DNA of 64,000 nucleotides from a virus. Below the pieces are notes generated by a model. It ran no database searches. It was not told the origin of the DNA and was given only the letters and a program-made list of their open reading frames with translations. Positions 1 through 9,460 of the stretch are shown here, piece by piece. Both the position numbers and the translations under genes were made by a program. Location of the stretch: the IMG/VR virus record IMGVR_UViG_3300045988_140747, one strand, 5' to 3'. Position 1 is the stretch's first letter, and every line of letters starts with the position of its first letter.

Positions 1-492
1 GACGCCTATGATCGGGTTCTTTCTCGCAAGAAGGATATGATTGATCCTCTGAAATCTGCAGAGGATATCCTGAAAAGCAAAATGACGACCTACTCTGACG
101 AGCAGGAGCGAAAGCGAAAGGCTCAGGAAGAAGCGCTGCGCAAGCTTGCCGAGGCTGAGCTTGAAAAGAAACTTTCGGAAGCTACTGCCGCAGAGGCATC
201 TGGGGACACCGAGGCCGCCAGCAGCGCTATGGCTGAAGCTGAAGTTATGGATGACGTGTCCATTGGCGGAAGCGTCAGTGCCCCGGATGTTAAGGTCAAG
301 GGTGTGTCCAAGAGCAAGACGTGGAAGATTGTTGGCGTTGACGCTTCCCATGTCCCCGTTGAGATTAACGGCATGGTTATCCGCCCGGTCGATGAAAAAG
401 CTATTCTGCGGATTATCAAAGCATCTAAGGGAACCATTCGGATTCCCGGTGTTATTTATGAAGAAACCACGCAAATTAGCGCCCGTGGTTGA
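1..492 (+). CDS. hypothetical phage protein, 5' end outside window
   Basis: Frame 1 is open from nt 1 to TGA 490-492. Ala/Glu-rich coiled-coil-like N-part. Sits directly upstream of the annealase gene. No family recognised. Confidence 0.5.
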   Translation, partial: DAYDRVLSRKKDMIDPLKSAEDILKSKMTTYSDEQERKRKAQEEALRKLAEAELEKKLSEATAAEASGDTEAASSAMAEAEVMDDVSIGGSVSAPDVKVKGVSKSKTWKIVGVDASHVPVEINGMVIRPVDEKAILRIIKASKGTIRIPGVIYEETTQISARG

Positions 493-512
493 ATTTAAAG
501 GAGGTTATTGTT

Positions 513-1424
513 ATGGCAAACAATGCACTGAGCAAGGCCGAAAGCAACGCTCTGAGCGTCAGTTATGACGTTATGGGCACGAGAGTTGATCTGGATCTGA
601 ACTTCGTTAAGCGCTACCTTGTCAGAGGACAGGCCGATCGAGTGACTGATCAGGAGCTGGTGTTCTTTATGAATACCTGCAAGATGCAGAAGCTGAACCC
701 GTTGGCCTCCGGCGAAGTGTACTGCATCAAGTTTGGCAGTGATCCTGCGCAGATGGTTATCGGTAAGGATGCTTATCTGCGCCGGGCATTCAGCAATCCC
801 GACTACCTTTATAAGGAAGACGGCATCACCGTTCTGCGCGGAGAGCAGATCGTGCAGAAAGAAGGCTGCTGCCTTTACCCGGGAGAGAAGCTTATCGGCG
901 GATGGTGTAAGGTCTATTTCATGCGGAACGGCAAGGAACGTACCGCATACAAGGAGGTTTCCCTTGAGGAGTACAACAAGGGCCAGGCGAACTGGAAGAC
1001 AAAGCCGGCGACCATGATCGACAAGGTAGCCGTCTCTCAGTGCGTCCGCGATGCGTTCCCGAAAGACTACGAGGGCCTGTACAGCGAGGATGAAATGGTC
1101 GCTTCTGGAGCGATTCCCGTAAATTTCCGCGAGGTGAAGAACACGGAAAGCTCAAATGCACCGGCGACCGAGGTTGTCGATGCTGATCCCGTCATCTCTC
1201 AGGAACAGCGACAGGCTCTTTTCAAAGCCGCCCAAAAACAGTTCGGCAAGGAAGAAGGCAATGCGGTTGTCAAGAAAATCATCGAGAGTATGGGACTTGA
1301 ATCGACAACGGGAATGACTGAAAGCCAGTATGTCGAAGCTACCGAAAGGCTCATGAAGATGGTTGATGACAGAAAAGCTGCTGTCGCCAGTGAGGAGACT
1401 GCCGCCGATGAAGCCAGCGAATGA
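513..1424 (+). CDS. single-strand annealing recombinase, RecT/Bet-like
   Basis: RBS AAAGGAGG 497-504, then ATG 513. Motifs GKDAYLRRA and KPATMIDKVAVSQCVRDAFP are typical of phage RecT/Bet annealases. Acidic C-tail. Confidence 0.85.
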   Translation: MANNALSKAESNALSVSYDVMGTRVDLDLNFVKRYLVRGQADRVTDQELVFFMNTCKMQKLNPLASGEVYCIKFGSDPAQMVIGKDAYLRRAFSNPDYLYKEDGITVLRGEQIVQKEGCCLYPGEKLIGGWCKVYFMRNGKERTAYKEVSLEEYNKGQANWKTKPATMIDKVAVSQCVRDAFPKDYEGLYSEDEMVASGAIPVNFREVKNTESSNAPATEVVDADPVISQEQRQALFKAAQKQFGKEEGNAVVKKIIESMGLESTTGMTESQYVEATERLMKMVDDRKAAVASEETAADEASE

Positions 1425-1459
1425 TCGCTATTATCAAAAGGAGAGGCGGGTGATGCTCA

Positions 1460-2257
1460 ATGGCATGGGTCAGTGTGCATGATACGGTTGACGGGAGGAA
1501 GCTGCGAGAGCTTGCTAAGTCAATCGGATGCACCAAGGAAGAGGCCCTTGGAACATTGGTGTCCCTCTGGATGTGGGGACTCAAGAACGCCGACAAGTTT
1601 GGCAGAATCATAAGCGCGGACAAAACGGATATCCTTGACGCGTTCAGCATGAAGTTGGTTGCAAAAATCCCGAATGTCGTTGATTTGCTCATAGAAAACG
1701 GGTGGATTGACGTTGAAAACGAGAAAGACCTCGTCATCCACGACTGGGATCAATGGCAGGCGTTGTGGTACAAGGCAAACGAGCGGAGAGAGAGCGATGC
1801 AAGGAGAAAGAAGAAGGAACGGCTTAAAAAGCGTGGAACCGCAGATGAACCGGAGCAAACACGCGAAACTGCCGATTATCAAACGACAGAAGCCACCGAA
1901 GAGGCCGAGAACATGAGTTTCCTTCCGAAGGATGAAAAGCCGGTATCCAAGTATTCTGAAGGCTTTGAATCTTTCTGGAAGGCGTACCCAAGAAAAATCG
2001 ACAAGGGGAATGCCTACAAAAAGTATTCCGCTCGAAGAAAAGATGGATTTTCGGACGAGGAACTTATCGAAGCCGCTACTGCTTATGCCGGGGAGTGCAA
2101 TAGGCTTCACACTGAGCAGAACTACATCAAACATCCGAAGACATTCCTGAGCGATAGCTTGCCGTTCACGGACTACATCAAGAAGAAACCCACTTCACCG
2201 GCAGAATGCCAAGAACCGAATACTGCAGATCCGTTTGCGGAATGGGGTGAGCCGTAA
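1460..2257 (+). CDS. phage replisome organizer / DnaD-like replication protein
   Basis: N-terminal organizer-like region (LVSLWMWGLKNAD, DWDQWQ), basic KKKERLKKR linker, C-terminal FESFWKAYPRK...IKHPKTFL conserved phage C-terminus motif. Directly precedes the helicase-loader gene. Confidence 0.7.
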   Translation: MAWVSVHDTVDGRKLRELAKSIGCTKEEALGTLVSLWMWGLKNADKFGRIISADKTDILDAFSMKLVAKIPNVVDLLIENGWIDVENEKDLVIHDWDQWQALWYKANERRESDARRKKKERLKKRGTADEPEQTRETADYQTTEATEEAENMSFLPKDEKPVSKYSEGFESFWKAYPRKIDKGNAYKKYSARRKDGFSDEELIEAATAYAGECNRLHTEQNYIKHPKTFLSDSLPFTDYIKKKPTSPAECQEPNTADPFAEWGEP

Positions 2258-3135
2258 TGTACGAAACAAGCTATCAGATGATGAAAGCAGCGGCTGAAAG
2301 ATGCATGAAAATGCAGAAGGAGAGGCCGGGAGACTATAGGAATAGTCAGGGGCTTCTTGTATGTGGCCGCTGTAAGAGTCTACGACAGAAGATTATGATG
2401 ATTTCCAATCCGACTCCTGAAGACAAGGATCATAAAAGCCAGCTGATTGTTCCGATTCAGTGCAGATGCGATATCTCTGATCGCGAAAAAGGCTTGAAAG
2501 ATAGGGCCGATGCGCAAAATGCCGAAAGGCTTAAAAGGTTGAAAGCGGCCAGTCTGATGGATGAAAAGCTTGCAAATGCATCCTTTGACGGATTTCGGAG
2601 CAATCCATATAATGAGCGAAATCGAAAACTGTGCATCAGCTACGCCGATCGGTTTCAGAAAATGGTTGATAACAATCAAGGACTGCTTTTTTGGGGTGGA
2701 GTTGGAACAGGAAAGAGCTATGCTGCAGCCTGTATAGCCAACAGTCTTATGGGAAAAGGCGTTCCTGTTGTCATGACATCTTTTGTCAAGCTATTGGAGA
2801 TCATTCAATCCACCGGTCAGGAGTCCACAATATTATCAAACCTCAATTCTGCACAACTTGTTATTTTCGATGACCTTGGAGCTGAGCGTGGAACTGATTA
2901 CACGTTAGAAAAGGTTTACAACATTGTGGATAGCCGATATCGGAAAAGACTTCCGATGATTCTGACTACGAATCTTACTATCGAGCAGATGAAGGACGAG
3001 CAAGATATCCGCTACAGCCGAATTTATGATCGAATCTTCGAGTCCTGCTATCCGATGCAGTTCACAGGACCGAGCTGGAGAAAAAAAGAAGCATCCAGAC
3101 GTTTCAAGGAGATTGAAGATCTGCTTGGCAAGTAA
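2257..3135 (+). CDS. DnaC/IstB-like AAA+ helicase loader
   Basis: Walker A GGVGTGKSY, Walker B LVIFDDLGAE, then MILTTNL. The ATG overlaps the upstream stop (TAATG). Confidence 0.85.
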   Translation: MYETSYQMMKAAAERCMKMQKERPGDYRNSQGLLVCGRCKSLRQKIMMISNPTPEDKDHKSQLIVPIQCRCDISDREKGLKDRADAQNAERLKRLKAASLMDEKLANASFDGFRSNPYNERNRKLCISYADRFQKMVDNNQGLLFWGGVGTGKSYAAACIANSLMGKGVPVVMTSFVKLLEIIQSTGQESTILSNLNSAQLVIFDDLGAERGTDYTLEKVYNIVDSRYRKRLPMILTTNLTIEQMKDEQDIRYSRIYDRIFESCYPMQFTGPSWRKKEASRRFKEIEDLLGK

Positions 3136-3150
3136 AAGGAGATAAACCCA

Positions 3151-3351
3151 ATGAATGAACGTGAGAAAGAAGGAGTCCTTCGCATCTCAAATGAAGCGGA
3201 TCGTATGACTGTCGTTGCCATCCTGTATAAGAACGGATACAGTGTGTCTCCGATTCGGAGGAAGAAAAACGGTAGAAGCTACGAATACTTTATCAAATAT
3301 TCGTACAACGAGAGTATCGATGAAATCGGAGGTACGCCCAGTGACAGTTAA
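3151..3351 (+). CDS. hypothetical small protein
   Basis: 66-aa ORF preceded by AAGGAG. No motif recognised. Confidence 0.5.
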   Translation: MNEREKEGVLRISNEADRMTVVAILYKNGYSVSPIRRKKNGRSYEYFIKYSYNESIDEIGGTPSDS

Positions 3352-3832
3352 GTTTACCGTTTTTGGACAGCCCATCGGAAAAGGAAGACCAAAGTTTTCT
3401 ACGGTGTGCGGGCATGTGAATACCTACACACCGGAAAAAACTGCAAACTACGAGACGCTTGTGAAGTATGCGTACCAGAGCCAGTGCAGAGGAATTCGGT
3501 TTGACCCAAAGATTCCTCTTGATGTCCGAATCACTGCGTATTTCAAGATACCGTCCAGCTCGAGCAAGAAACGCGCAAAGTTGATGAGAGAGCACATCAT
3601 AAGGCCTGTCGTAAAGCCTGACATCGACAACGTGGCTAAGGTGGTGCTGGACTCCATCAATGGAGTTGCATTTTATGACGACTCTCAGATTGCGGATATG
3701 CAGGTGCGAAAATTCTATGACGACTCTCCCCGGGTGGTTGTCACAATCCGGGACATCCCATTGACTATGCCACGCGATTACCAATCGGAAATTAAACGCA
3801 GAAAACCGGAAATGAAAAGGAGAAAAACATGA
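3341..3832 (+). CDS. rusA: RusA-family Holliday junction resolvase
   Basis: GTG 3341 follows GGAGG 3328-3332. Motifs FTVFGQPIGKGRPKF and KPDIDNVAKVVLDSINGVAFYDDSQI are typical RusA. The longer upstream start of the track ORF would overlap the previous gene. Confidence 0.8.
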   Translation: MTVKFTVFGQPIGKGRPKFSTVCGHVNTYTPEKTANYETLVKYAYQSQCRGIRFDPKIPLDVRITAYFKIPSSSSKKRAKLMREHIIRPVVKPDIDNVAKVVLDSINGVAFYDDSQIADMQVRKFYDDSPRVVVTIRDIPLTMPRDYQSEIKRRKPEMKRRKT

Positions 3833-4062
3833 GCAGAGAACTTGAGTTTGACGGCTACTGGGAGGGCGATATTGTCTACTCCTGCGATTGCTGTAACAAG
3901 GAAGAGCGATACCCGTTCACCTCGGAGGAAGAAGCCAAGTCCTACCGAGAGAAAGCCGACCTGAAGAAAAAAGGCTGGCTTTTCACCAAGGTGAACAACC
4001 GATTTGTTGATACATGCTGCGAGTCATGTCGCAACAAGTATATCCGTATGAACACCCTTTGA
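3829..4062 (+). CDS. small Cys-rich (zinc-ribbon-like) protein
   Basis: 77 aa with CDCC and CCESC pairs. Start overlaps the upstream stop. Confidence 0.55.
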   Translation: MSRELEFDGYWEGDIVYSCDCCNKEERYPFTSEEEAKSYREKADLKKKGWLFTKVNNRFVDTCCESCRNKYIRMNTL

Positions 4063-4082
4063 TATTTTAGGAGGAAACTGAA

Positions 4083-4622
4083 ATGACCAACAACGAAATG
4101 ATCCTGAGCCTGAAGAGCGACACCTTTGCAGCCATGAAGGAGGACTTCGACGGCGTGCTGGCACGTACGATCGGAAACATGGAGATGAAGAACGCTGACA
4201 ACGCCACCATCACCCTGAAGCTTGGCATCACGCTGGACAAGGTCAGCGTTGGCACTCCGAACGGCAATCAGGACATCACCCGTCCGTCCTTCAAGCATGA
4301 CATCAGCTCTGTCATGCAGGTCAAGGACCGCAAGTCCGGCGCTCTTACTGGAGACTATGAGCTCGTCTACGAGGATGGCAAGTATGTCATGCGCCGCATC
4401 GATGACGGCCAGACCAATATGTTTGATGGACAGATTGAGCATGTCGAGCCTTCCTTCGTTGATGCTGACTACAATGATGTTGTGGATGACGACACTGATC
4501 GCCAGAAGGCAATCCCGGCGGCATCTGAGGTAGGCCCTCGTAAGCTTCCCGCAGCATCCACCGATGCTTCCGAGGATGACCCCGAAGATGGTGATTACAC
4601 TTACGACGAGCCGGAAGACTAA
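4083..4622 (+). CDS. hypothetical acidic protein
   Basis: RBS AGGAGG 4069-4074. 179 aa with a strongly acidic C-terminal third. No family recognised. Confidence 0.6.
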   Translation: MTNNEMILSLKSDTFAAMKEDFDGVLARTIGNMEMKNADNATITLKLGITLDKVSVGTPNGNQDITRPSFKHDISSVMQVKDRKSGALTGDYELVYEDGKYVMRRIDDGQTNMFDGQIEHVEPSFVDADYNDVVDDDTDRQKAIPAASEVGPRKLPAASTDASEDDPEDGDYTYDEPED

Positions 4623-4658
4623 GTAGGCCATAAAAATCCGTAAAAAGAGGGAAGCTAC

Positions 4659-5390
4659 ATGAAAAGCCCCATCGATGTTGTAAAAGGAACGATAGTAGGT
4701 TATGACGACAGAACCCGAGAGATTATCATCCGAGCGCCTTATGATGATTGGTTCACCATGACAAAGCGAGGCTACTCAAAGTGCAATGTCCAGTTGATAG
4801 ACTCTCGGCCACTGTCTGACAAGCAAAGAAGAACGTGTTACAAGCTCATTAGAGAGATTGCAAACTACACGGGAATGGGACTCGACCCCGCCAAAGAATA
4901 CCTCAAGTTGAAGTTCTTGGTTGAAGATATGGAGTCCACTGCTGACCAGATGTTCTCTTTGAGCGATGCTCCGATGAGCCTTGTGTGCGCGTTTCAAAGA
5001 TTCCTTGTACATTTCATCATCGACTGGGATCTGCCCTGTAGCTTCCCTCTGCTGGATTTTGTAGACGACACACAGGATTACATCTATGCCTGTTTGGCCG
5101 CTAAGAAATGCTGCGTATGCGGAAAGCAGAGTGATCTGCACCACGTTGAGCATGTCGGCACCGGACGAGACAGAGAAGACATCATCCACGAAGGAATGGA
5201 AGTTTTACCATTATGTAGAATCCACCACACAGAAGCGCACCAGATCGGCCAGATCACCTTCAACCGGAAGTACCACATCGATCGGGGCGTAAGGTTGGAC
5301 AAGGATCTCTGCAAGATCTATAGGCTGAAGAGAAAAAAGGAGCAAGAAAATGCTGAATGTAGTGGCGATTATGGGTCGGCTGGTTGCTGA
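4659..5390 (+). CDS. putative HNH-type nuclease
   Basis: C-terminal CCVCG...LHHVEHVG...LPLCRIHHTEAH (Cys pair plus His-rich beta-beta-alpha metal-finger pattern), as in phage HNHc-like proteins. Confidence 0.65.
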   Translation: MKSPIDVVKGTIVGYDDRTREIIIRAPYDDWFTMTKRGYSKCNVQLIDSRPLSDKQRRTCYKLIREIANYTGMGLDPAKEYLKLKFLVEDMESTADQMFSLSDAPMSLVCAFQRFLVHFIIDWDLPCSFPLLDFVDDTQDYIYACLAAKKCCVCGKQSDLHHVEHVGTGRDREDIIHEGMEVLPLCRIHHTEAHQIGQITFNRKYHIDRGVRLDKDLCKIYRLKRKKEQENAECSGDYGSAGC

Positions 5391-5811
5391 CCCTGAGCTC
5401 AGAACCACGCAGAGCGGTACTGATGTATGCAGTTTTCGTATCGCTTGTGATCGTAATTTTGTACGCCAAGGAGAGCAGCGTCAGGCAGATTTCATCGATA
5501 TTGTCGCTTGGCGAAATCAGGCATCCTTTGTAAGCAAGTATTTCCAGAAAGGTAGTCTGATTGCCATTGAAGGCAGTCTTCAGACCCGAAACTATCAAGA
5601 CAAGAATGGCAACAAGCGTACAGCAGTAGAGGTCGTTGCAAACAACATTAACTTCGCTGGCCCCAAGAACAACGGCTCTGGCGGAGGCAATGATTATCAA
5701 AACGCATCCTCTAACACGAGCTATGACGCTGCGGATCCTGCGCCCGCAGAGGATGCAACAGCGGCTGACGATTTCGCTGTCATTGACGATACAGATGACC
5801 TGCCATTCTAG
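5350..5811 (+). CDS. ssb: single-stranded DNA-binding protein
   Basis: OB-fold N-domain (MLNVVAIMGRLVADPELR...AVEVVANNINF), Gly/Asn-rich linker and canonical acidic tail DDLPF. Confidence 0.9.
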   Translation: MLNVVAIMGRLVADPELRTTQSGTDVCSFRIACDRNFVRQGEQRQADFIDIVAWRNQASFVSKYFQKGSLIAIEGSLQTRNYQDKNGNKRTAVEVVANNINFAGPKNNGSGGGNDYQNASSNTSYDAADPAPAEDATAADDFAVIDDTDDLPF

Positions 5812-5824
5812 CGAGGTGTGAAAA

Positions 5825-6232
5825 ATGAGTCTTGCCCGTAAAATGATTCGTTGCAGTCTGCGTACTGGCGGAAAGAGCATAGAGCAAATCCGAGAGATGT
5901 TCAAAGGGCAGGGGCTGACTTACCGGGACTTTGAAAACCTTCAGAAAATGTATGAAGAGTTTGACGGCGCGGAAGTTGTCCTGTCGCTGTGGGACTGGGA
6001 TCGGAGAGAAAGCTATCATCTTGATAGTTGGTCAGCTGCTGATGATGAGAAGGTGATGCGCGGCGTATACTTCGCCGAGCAGACTCATCCGTTCCCGCGG
6101 TACAAAGACAATTTTGAAAAGTTCCAATGCGACTGGAAGGCTGGAAAATATGACTTCGGAGGAGCTTCTTTGACATTTTCACCCGAGGACGTTGAAGAAA
6201 TCGAAGAGGTTATCGGAATGGAGATGCCCTGA
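5825..6232 (+). CDS. hypothetical protein
   Basis: 135-aa ORF, GAGGTG upstream. No family recognised. Confidence 0.55.
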   Translation: MSLARKMIRCSLRTGGKSIEQIREMFKGQGLTYRDFENLQKMYEEFDGAEVVLSLWDWDRRESYHLDSWSAADDEKVMRGVYFAEQTHPFPRYKDNFEKFQCDWKAGKYDFGGASLTFSPEDVEEIEEVIGMEMP

Positions 6233-6235
6233 AAT

Positions 6236-6652
6236 TTGAACAAGAGCTGTGCTATCTGGCTTGACGGGCGCTCTTTTTCTATGAAAGATGAAATTTTACT
6301 GCAATTGGGTAATGATGGAAATCTCAAAAAGTACAATGATGAGTTTGACATCATCATTCATTGCGAAACCGAAAAGGATAGGGAAGATACCATAAGGCTC
6401 CTCAAGAGAGCCGATAGGCTTAGATGGCACGATGTCAACAAGGAAATGCCTAAAGATGACGTGGATCCTTTGGCCAAAGATTGTAGCGTTGAGGTGTATG
6501 TTGTAACCAATGATGGATGGACGGGCATTGCCTTTCATGTCAAAGGTGATCCGGCAGACGAATGGATGTTCGCCGAAGGCTCTGCAAGCTTCGGAACGTC
6601 TTTTGACGGCGTGACCCATTGGATGTATCAACCTGATGCGCCAGACAAATGA
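6236..6652 (+). CDS. hypothetical protein, DUF551-like C-terminus
   Basis: C-terminal W...VTHWMYQPDAPD resembles the phage DUF551 pattern. Start uncertain (TTG 6236 or ATG 6281). Confidence 0.5.
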   Translation: MNKSCAIWLDGRSFSMKDEILLQLGNDGNLKKYNDEFDIIIHCETEKDREDTIRLLKRADRLRWHDVNKEMPKDDVDPLAKDCSVEVYVVTNDGWTGIAFHVKGDPADEWMFAEGSASFGTSFDGVTHWMYQPDAPDK

Positions 6653-6670
6653 AAGGAATAGACAAGATAT

Positions 6671-7168
6671 ATGAGCGTAGTAGCAGCAAAGGTATATACC
6701 GACCACATCGAAGTGGCAGCGGATTCTATCATTGTCCAAGGCGACATGAAGAGATCTGGCTTTTTTTCAAAGCTTGAATGCATCAACGATATGATTATTG
6801 GAGCTTGTGGGACTGCGAGAGAGGCTTCTTTAATGTGGCAATTTGCAAAGACCCACAAGCCAGAATCTGCCACTGAGAGAGATGTTCTTGCGTACATGGT
6901 CGAATTTCTTAAATGGAAAAAGGATTTCGGAGGAGACGCCGAAATTGAGAATGATTACGTTATTGCTTACCAAGGGCGTCTTTTTGAAATCGAGGAAACG
7001 TTTGTGAATCGAGTGAAAGACTACGTTGCGATCGGAGCCGGCATGTACTTTGCAACTGCAGCTCTTTACCTCGGCCAGAGTCCCAAAAATGCGGTTAAGG
7101 TGGCGTGCGATCTTAACTGCTATGTGGCCGAACCTATTGTGTCTTATGAGATGAAAACAGTTGACTAA
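6671..7168 (+). CDS. Ntn-hydrolase, HslV/proteasome beta-like
   Basis: The 165 aa can be aligned by eye to HslV: N-terminal MS-VVAAK (Ser after Met as candidate nucleophile), GACGTAREA, and YVAIGAGMYFATAALYL (cf. HslV AIGSGG.YA.AAA). Confidence 0.5.
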   Translation: MSVVAAKVYTDHIEVAADSIIVQGDMKRSGFFSKLECINDMIIGACGTAREASLMWQFAKTHKPESATERDVLAYMVEFLKWKKDFGGDAEIENDYVIAYQGRLFEIEETFVNRVKDYVAIGAGMYFATAALYLGQSPKNAVKVACDLNCYVAEPIVSYEMKTVD

Positions 7169-7180
7169 GGAGGTTTTAGT

Positions 7181-7597
7181 ATGAAAGTCATTATCAATAC
7201 CCACGGAAACCCGCTTCCCGCGTCTTACGGCGAGTGGGTCGATCTTTACACCGCAGAAGATGCAACCCTCGAACCGCTGGAGTTTAAGATCATCTCTCTT
7301 GGCGTGTCCATGCAGTTGCCCAAAGGAAAGTATGCCGTCGTGGTCCCACGCTCTTCTGCCTGCAAGAACTATGGTGTCATCATGGCGAACAGCATTGGCA
7401 TCATTGAGAACAGCTATTGCGGCAACAATGACATCTGGGGATTTCCTGCTGTTGCCATCCGGCACACTGAGATTCCGAAGGGAACACGGCTGTGCCAGTT
7501 CCGGCTTGTTGACCAGTCCGAAGCGATCGTGTTTGAACCCGTTGATGACCTCGGGAACCCTGACCGTGGCGGGTTTGGAAGCACTGGCAGCAAGTAA
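7181..7597 (+). CDS. dut: dUTP diphosphatase (trimeric dUTPase)
   Basis: Motifs VVPRSS, GIIENSYCG and C-terminal RGGFGSTG. RBS AAGGAGG upstream. Confidence 0.9.
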   Translation: MKVIINTHGNPLPASYGEWVDLYTAEDATLEPLEFKIISLGVSMQLPKGKYAVVVPRSSACKNYGVIMANSIGIIENSYCGNNDIWGFPAVAIRHTEIPKGTRLCQFRLVDQSEAIVFEPVDDLGNPDRGGFGSTGSK

Positions 7598-7677
7598 ACC
7601 TCTCTGTTGGGACATTTTCATTCCATTATCTGCCCCTGCTAAAGGATAGAGTGATGACGATGTAGGAGGAAATCAAA

Positions 7678-8214
7678 GTGAGAAGCCCGGAAATCGAGAT
7701 AAAAGAAAGACGGTATGACGTTGATGCCGTAAAGAATCGGCTCAACGCATACCGCGATAAAGAGCGGGAAATCGACGTCAAGGTCGAACGGCTTGAAACT
7801 TTGATTTCCAAAATGAAAAGCATAGAATCCCAGAGGATGTCCGATATGCCTAAAGCTGCCGGAGCCGGAAGTGACAGAATGGCGCGTGATCTTGAGCATA
7901 AGGAAGACCTAGAAAATGCTATCAATGAAGCAATAATGTCGCAGAAGGTCGAAAAGGCCGCTATCAAGGAAGAACTCGAGCAGCTGAAACTTTCAGATGA
8001 AAGAGAAGTTATCCAGATTCGGTATTTTGATTGCAACGGGTGGAGCGATGTTGCCCGGATCATGTTTGGTATGAAACCTGACTATGAGCGAAAGCAAGAT
8101 AGCTATCTTCGACGAGTGTTCAAAATACACGGCTCTGCACTCCTGCACATTGCGATGATCGAAGAGGAAGGAACAATGAATCCGTCCGAGAAGACTTCGG
8201 AAATTGCGAATTAA
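7678..8214 (+). CDS. sigma-70 region-4-like phage transcriptional regulator (ArpU/RinA/DUF1492-like)
   Basis: GTG after AGGAGG 7664-7669. Coiled-coil N-part with SDMPKAAGAGSD, then LSDEREVIQIRYFDCNGWSDVARIM...RRVFKIHGSALLHIA (HTH resembling sigma region 4). Confidence 0.55.
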   Translation: MRSPEIEIKERRYDVDAVKNRLNAYRDKEREIDVKVERLETLISKMKSIESQRMSDMPKAAGAGSDRMARDLEHKEDLENAINEAIMSQKVEKAAIKEELEQLKLSDEREVIQIRYFDCNGWSDVARIMFGMKPDYERKQDSYLRRVFKIHGSALLHIAMIEEEGTMNPSEKTSEIAN

Positions 8215-8224
8215 CGCAATTTAT

Positions 8225-8266
8225 TTGACATGGACGGTAGTTGTGGTACGATAACGTTGTAAAAAC
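8225..8266 (+). promoter_or_regulatory. promoter P1: TTGACA-16 nt-TGgTACGAT plus conserved downstream aacGTTGTAAAAAc
   Basis: -35 TTGACA 8225-8230, extended -10 TGgTACGAT ending at 8252. One of three near-identical motifs (see 22113 and 31930). Confidence 0.6.
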
Positions 8267-8293
8267 AAACCCACAACAAACGGAGGAAATACA

Positions 8294-8524
8294 ATGAAGG
8301 CCAAAATGAAGAAGTATTTCGCTGTCAAGAACGTTGAGCTTCCCGATTGCACTTATGTTCCCGGGTACTTCGGAAAGGAGCATTTTGCCTCAACACATCC
8401 GACCCCGAAGGAGATTGAGACGTTTGGCTTTGACACCAGAAATCAGGCGATCGATGAACTTTGCAACCTTGCGAAGATCTTCGGAACCGGGAACGTACAC
8501 GGATACGCTGTTGTTGAACTATGA
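8294..8524 (+). CDS. hypothetical protein
   Basis: 76-aa ORF with CGGAGG RBS. First gene after promoter P1. Confidence 0.6.
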   Translation: MKAKMKKYFAVKNVELPDCTYVPGYFGKEHFASTHPTPKEIETFGFDTRNQAIDELCNLAKIFGTGNVHGYAVVEL

Positions 8525-8775
8525 TTACCGAAAAGGAGGCTGTTTGGATGACCAAGATTGACGCTTTCAAGGAAACTATCAATATCGATATCGCAATGAA
8601 GCGCGGTATGATGAATCGCGACGTTGAAAGCATCAGGAACTGCATTGACAGTGATCCTGTTGCGTTCGCCGATCAGATTCTCAGCTACGCTGAGGATCTT
8701 TCAAGACTTAAGAACGAGATTATCAATCTGAAATCCACCTTGTCTATGCTTGATGCTATCAAAGTATCTGAATGA
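8521..8775 (+). CDS. hypothetical protein
   Basis: 84-aa ORF. Start overlaps the upstream stop (ATGA). Confidence 0.55.
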   Translation: MITEKEAVWMTKIDAFKETINIDIAMKRGMMNRDVESIRNCIDSDPVAFADQILSYAEDLSRLKNEIINLKSTLSMLDAIKVSE

Positions 8776-8792
8776 TCGCGGAGGAAAAGAAT

Positions 8793-9206
8793 ATGAACAT
8801 CAGCTTTGAAGAAAAGAAGACGGAAGCCATCAACCGCATGAAGATGCTCGGAATCTTCCCGGAGACCATCAAGCAGTTCAAGCAGGGGGGCTATGTTAGC
8901 CGGAGTGATCCTCCCTTTGGAGCGTACTACTGGGTAGAAGGCGATGAACTTGATGCCCTTAGAAAGTTTGAGCAAGCGCACAACTGCCTTGTCTACACTG
9001 TCGTTCGAGCTTACACAAGCATCGGCATGATGGACAGCTACCTGTTTGTAAGCGACTGCAAGGATGACTGGGATTCCGATCGAGAGGATCTCAAGGAAGG
9101 GTATGCCTTCTCCTACACAGTCAACTACGATGCCCCTGACTGCTCCGAGTTTGGCACTATTGGGATCAAGCTTGCCGCTGCCGCAGGACTCGTACGGACA
9201 GCGTGA
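8793..9206 (+). CDS. hypothetical protein
   Basis: ATG 8793, about 9 nt after GGAGG. 137 aa. No family recognised. Confidence 0.6.
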   Translation: MNISFEEKKTEAINRMKMLGIFPETIKQFKQGGYVSRSDPPFGAYYWVEGDELDALRKFEQAHNCLVYTVVRAYTSIGMMDSYLFVSDCKDDWDSDREDLKEGYAFSYTVNYDAPDCSEFGTIGIKLAAAAGLVRTA

Positions 9207-9239
9207 TGGCTGTTTATCAATAAAAAGGAGGAGCGTCTT

Positions 9240-9299
9240 ATGAACGGAAAACCGCCGAGAGATCCGAAGTATCCATACAAATTGCCTATTTGGTGGTGA
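9240..9299 (+). CDS. possible 19-aa micro-ORF (MNGKPPRDPKYPYKLPIWW)
   Basis: Strong RBS AAAAGGAGGA 9222-9231, 8 nt before the ATG. Too short to support further. Confidence 0.3.
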   Translation: MNGKPPRDPKYPYKLPIWW

Positions 9300-9312
9300 A
9301 GTTCCAATCCAT

Positions 9313-9333
9313 GCCGGGAGCACCCGGCTTTAT
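9313..9333 (+). terminator. GC hairpin plus T-run upstream of tRNA-Pro
   Basis: GCCGGG-agca-CCCGGC followed by TTTAT. Ends 1 nt before the tRNA. Confidence 0.5.
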
Positions 9334-9409
9334 CGGGTATTGGCGCAGACGGTAGCGCGCCAGATTTGGGATCTGGAGGCCGTCAGTTCGAATCTGACAT
9401 ATCCGACCA
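9334..9409 (+). tRNA. tRNA-Pro (anticodon TGG)
   Basis: Hand-folded cloverleaf. Acceptor CGGGTAT/ATATCCG (one G-T), D arm GCGC/GCGC, anticodon arm CCAGA-TTTGGGA-TCTGG, T arm GTCAG-TTCGAAT-CTGAC. CCA encoded. Confidence 0.85.
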
Positions 9410-9460
9410 GCGGATCATCTCCGCATCGATTGTCAACACATATAGTCTGGAGGAAATGAA

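Noticed and set aside
3215-3340. Longer N-terminal extension of the RusA ORF (start 3215)
   Set aside because: It would overlap the 3151-3351 ORF by more than 130 nt. GTG 3341 has a GGAGG RBS and gives a full-length RusA.
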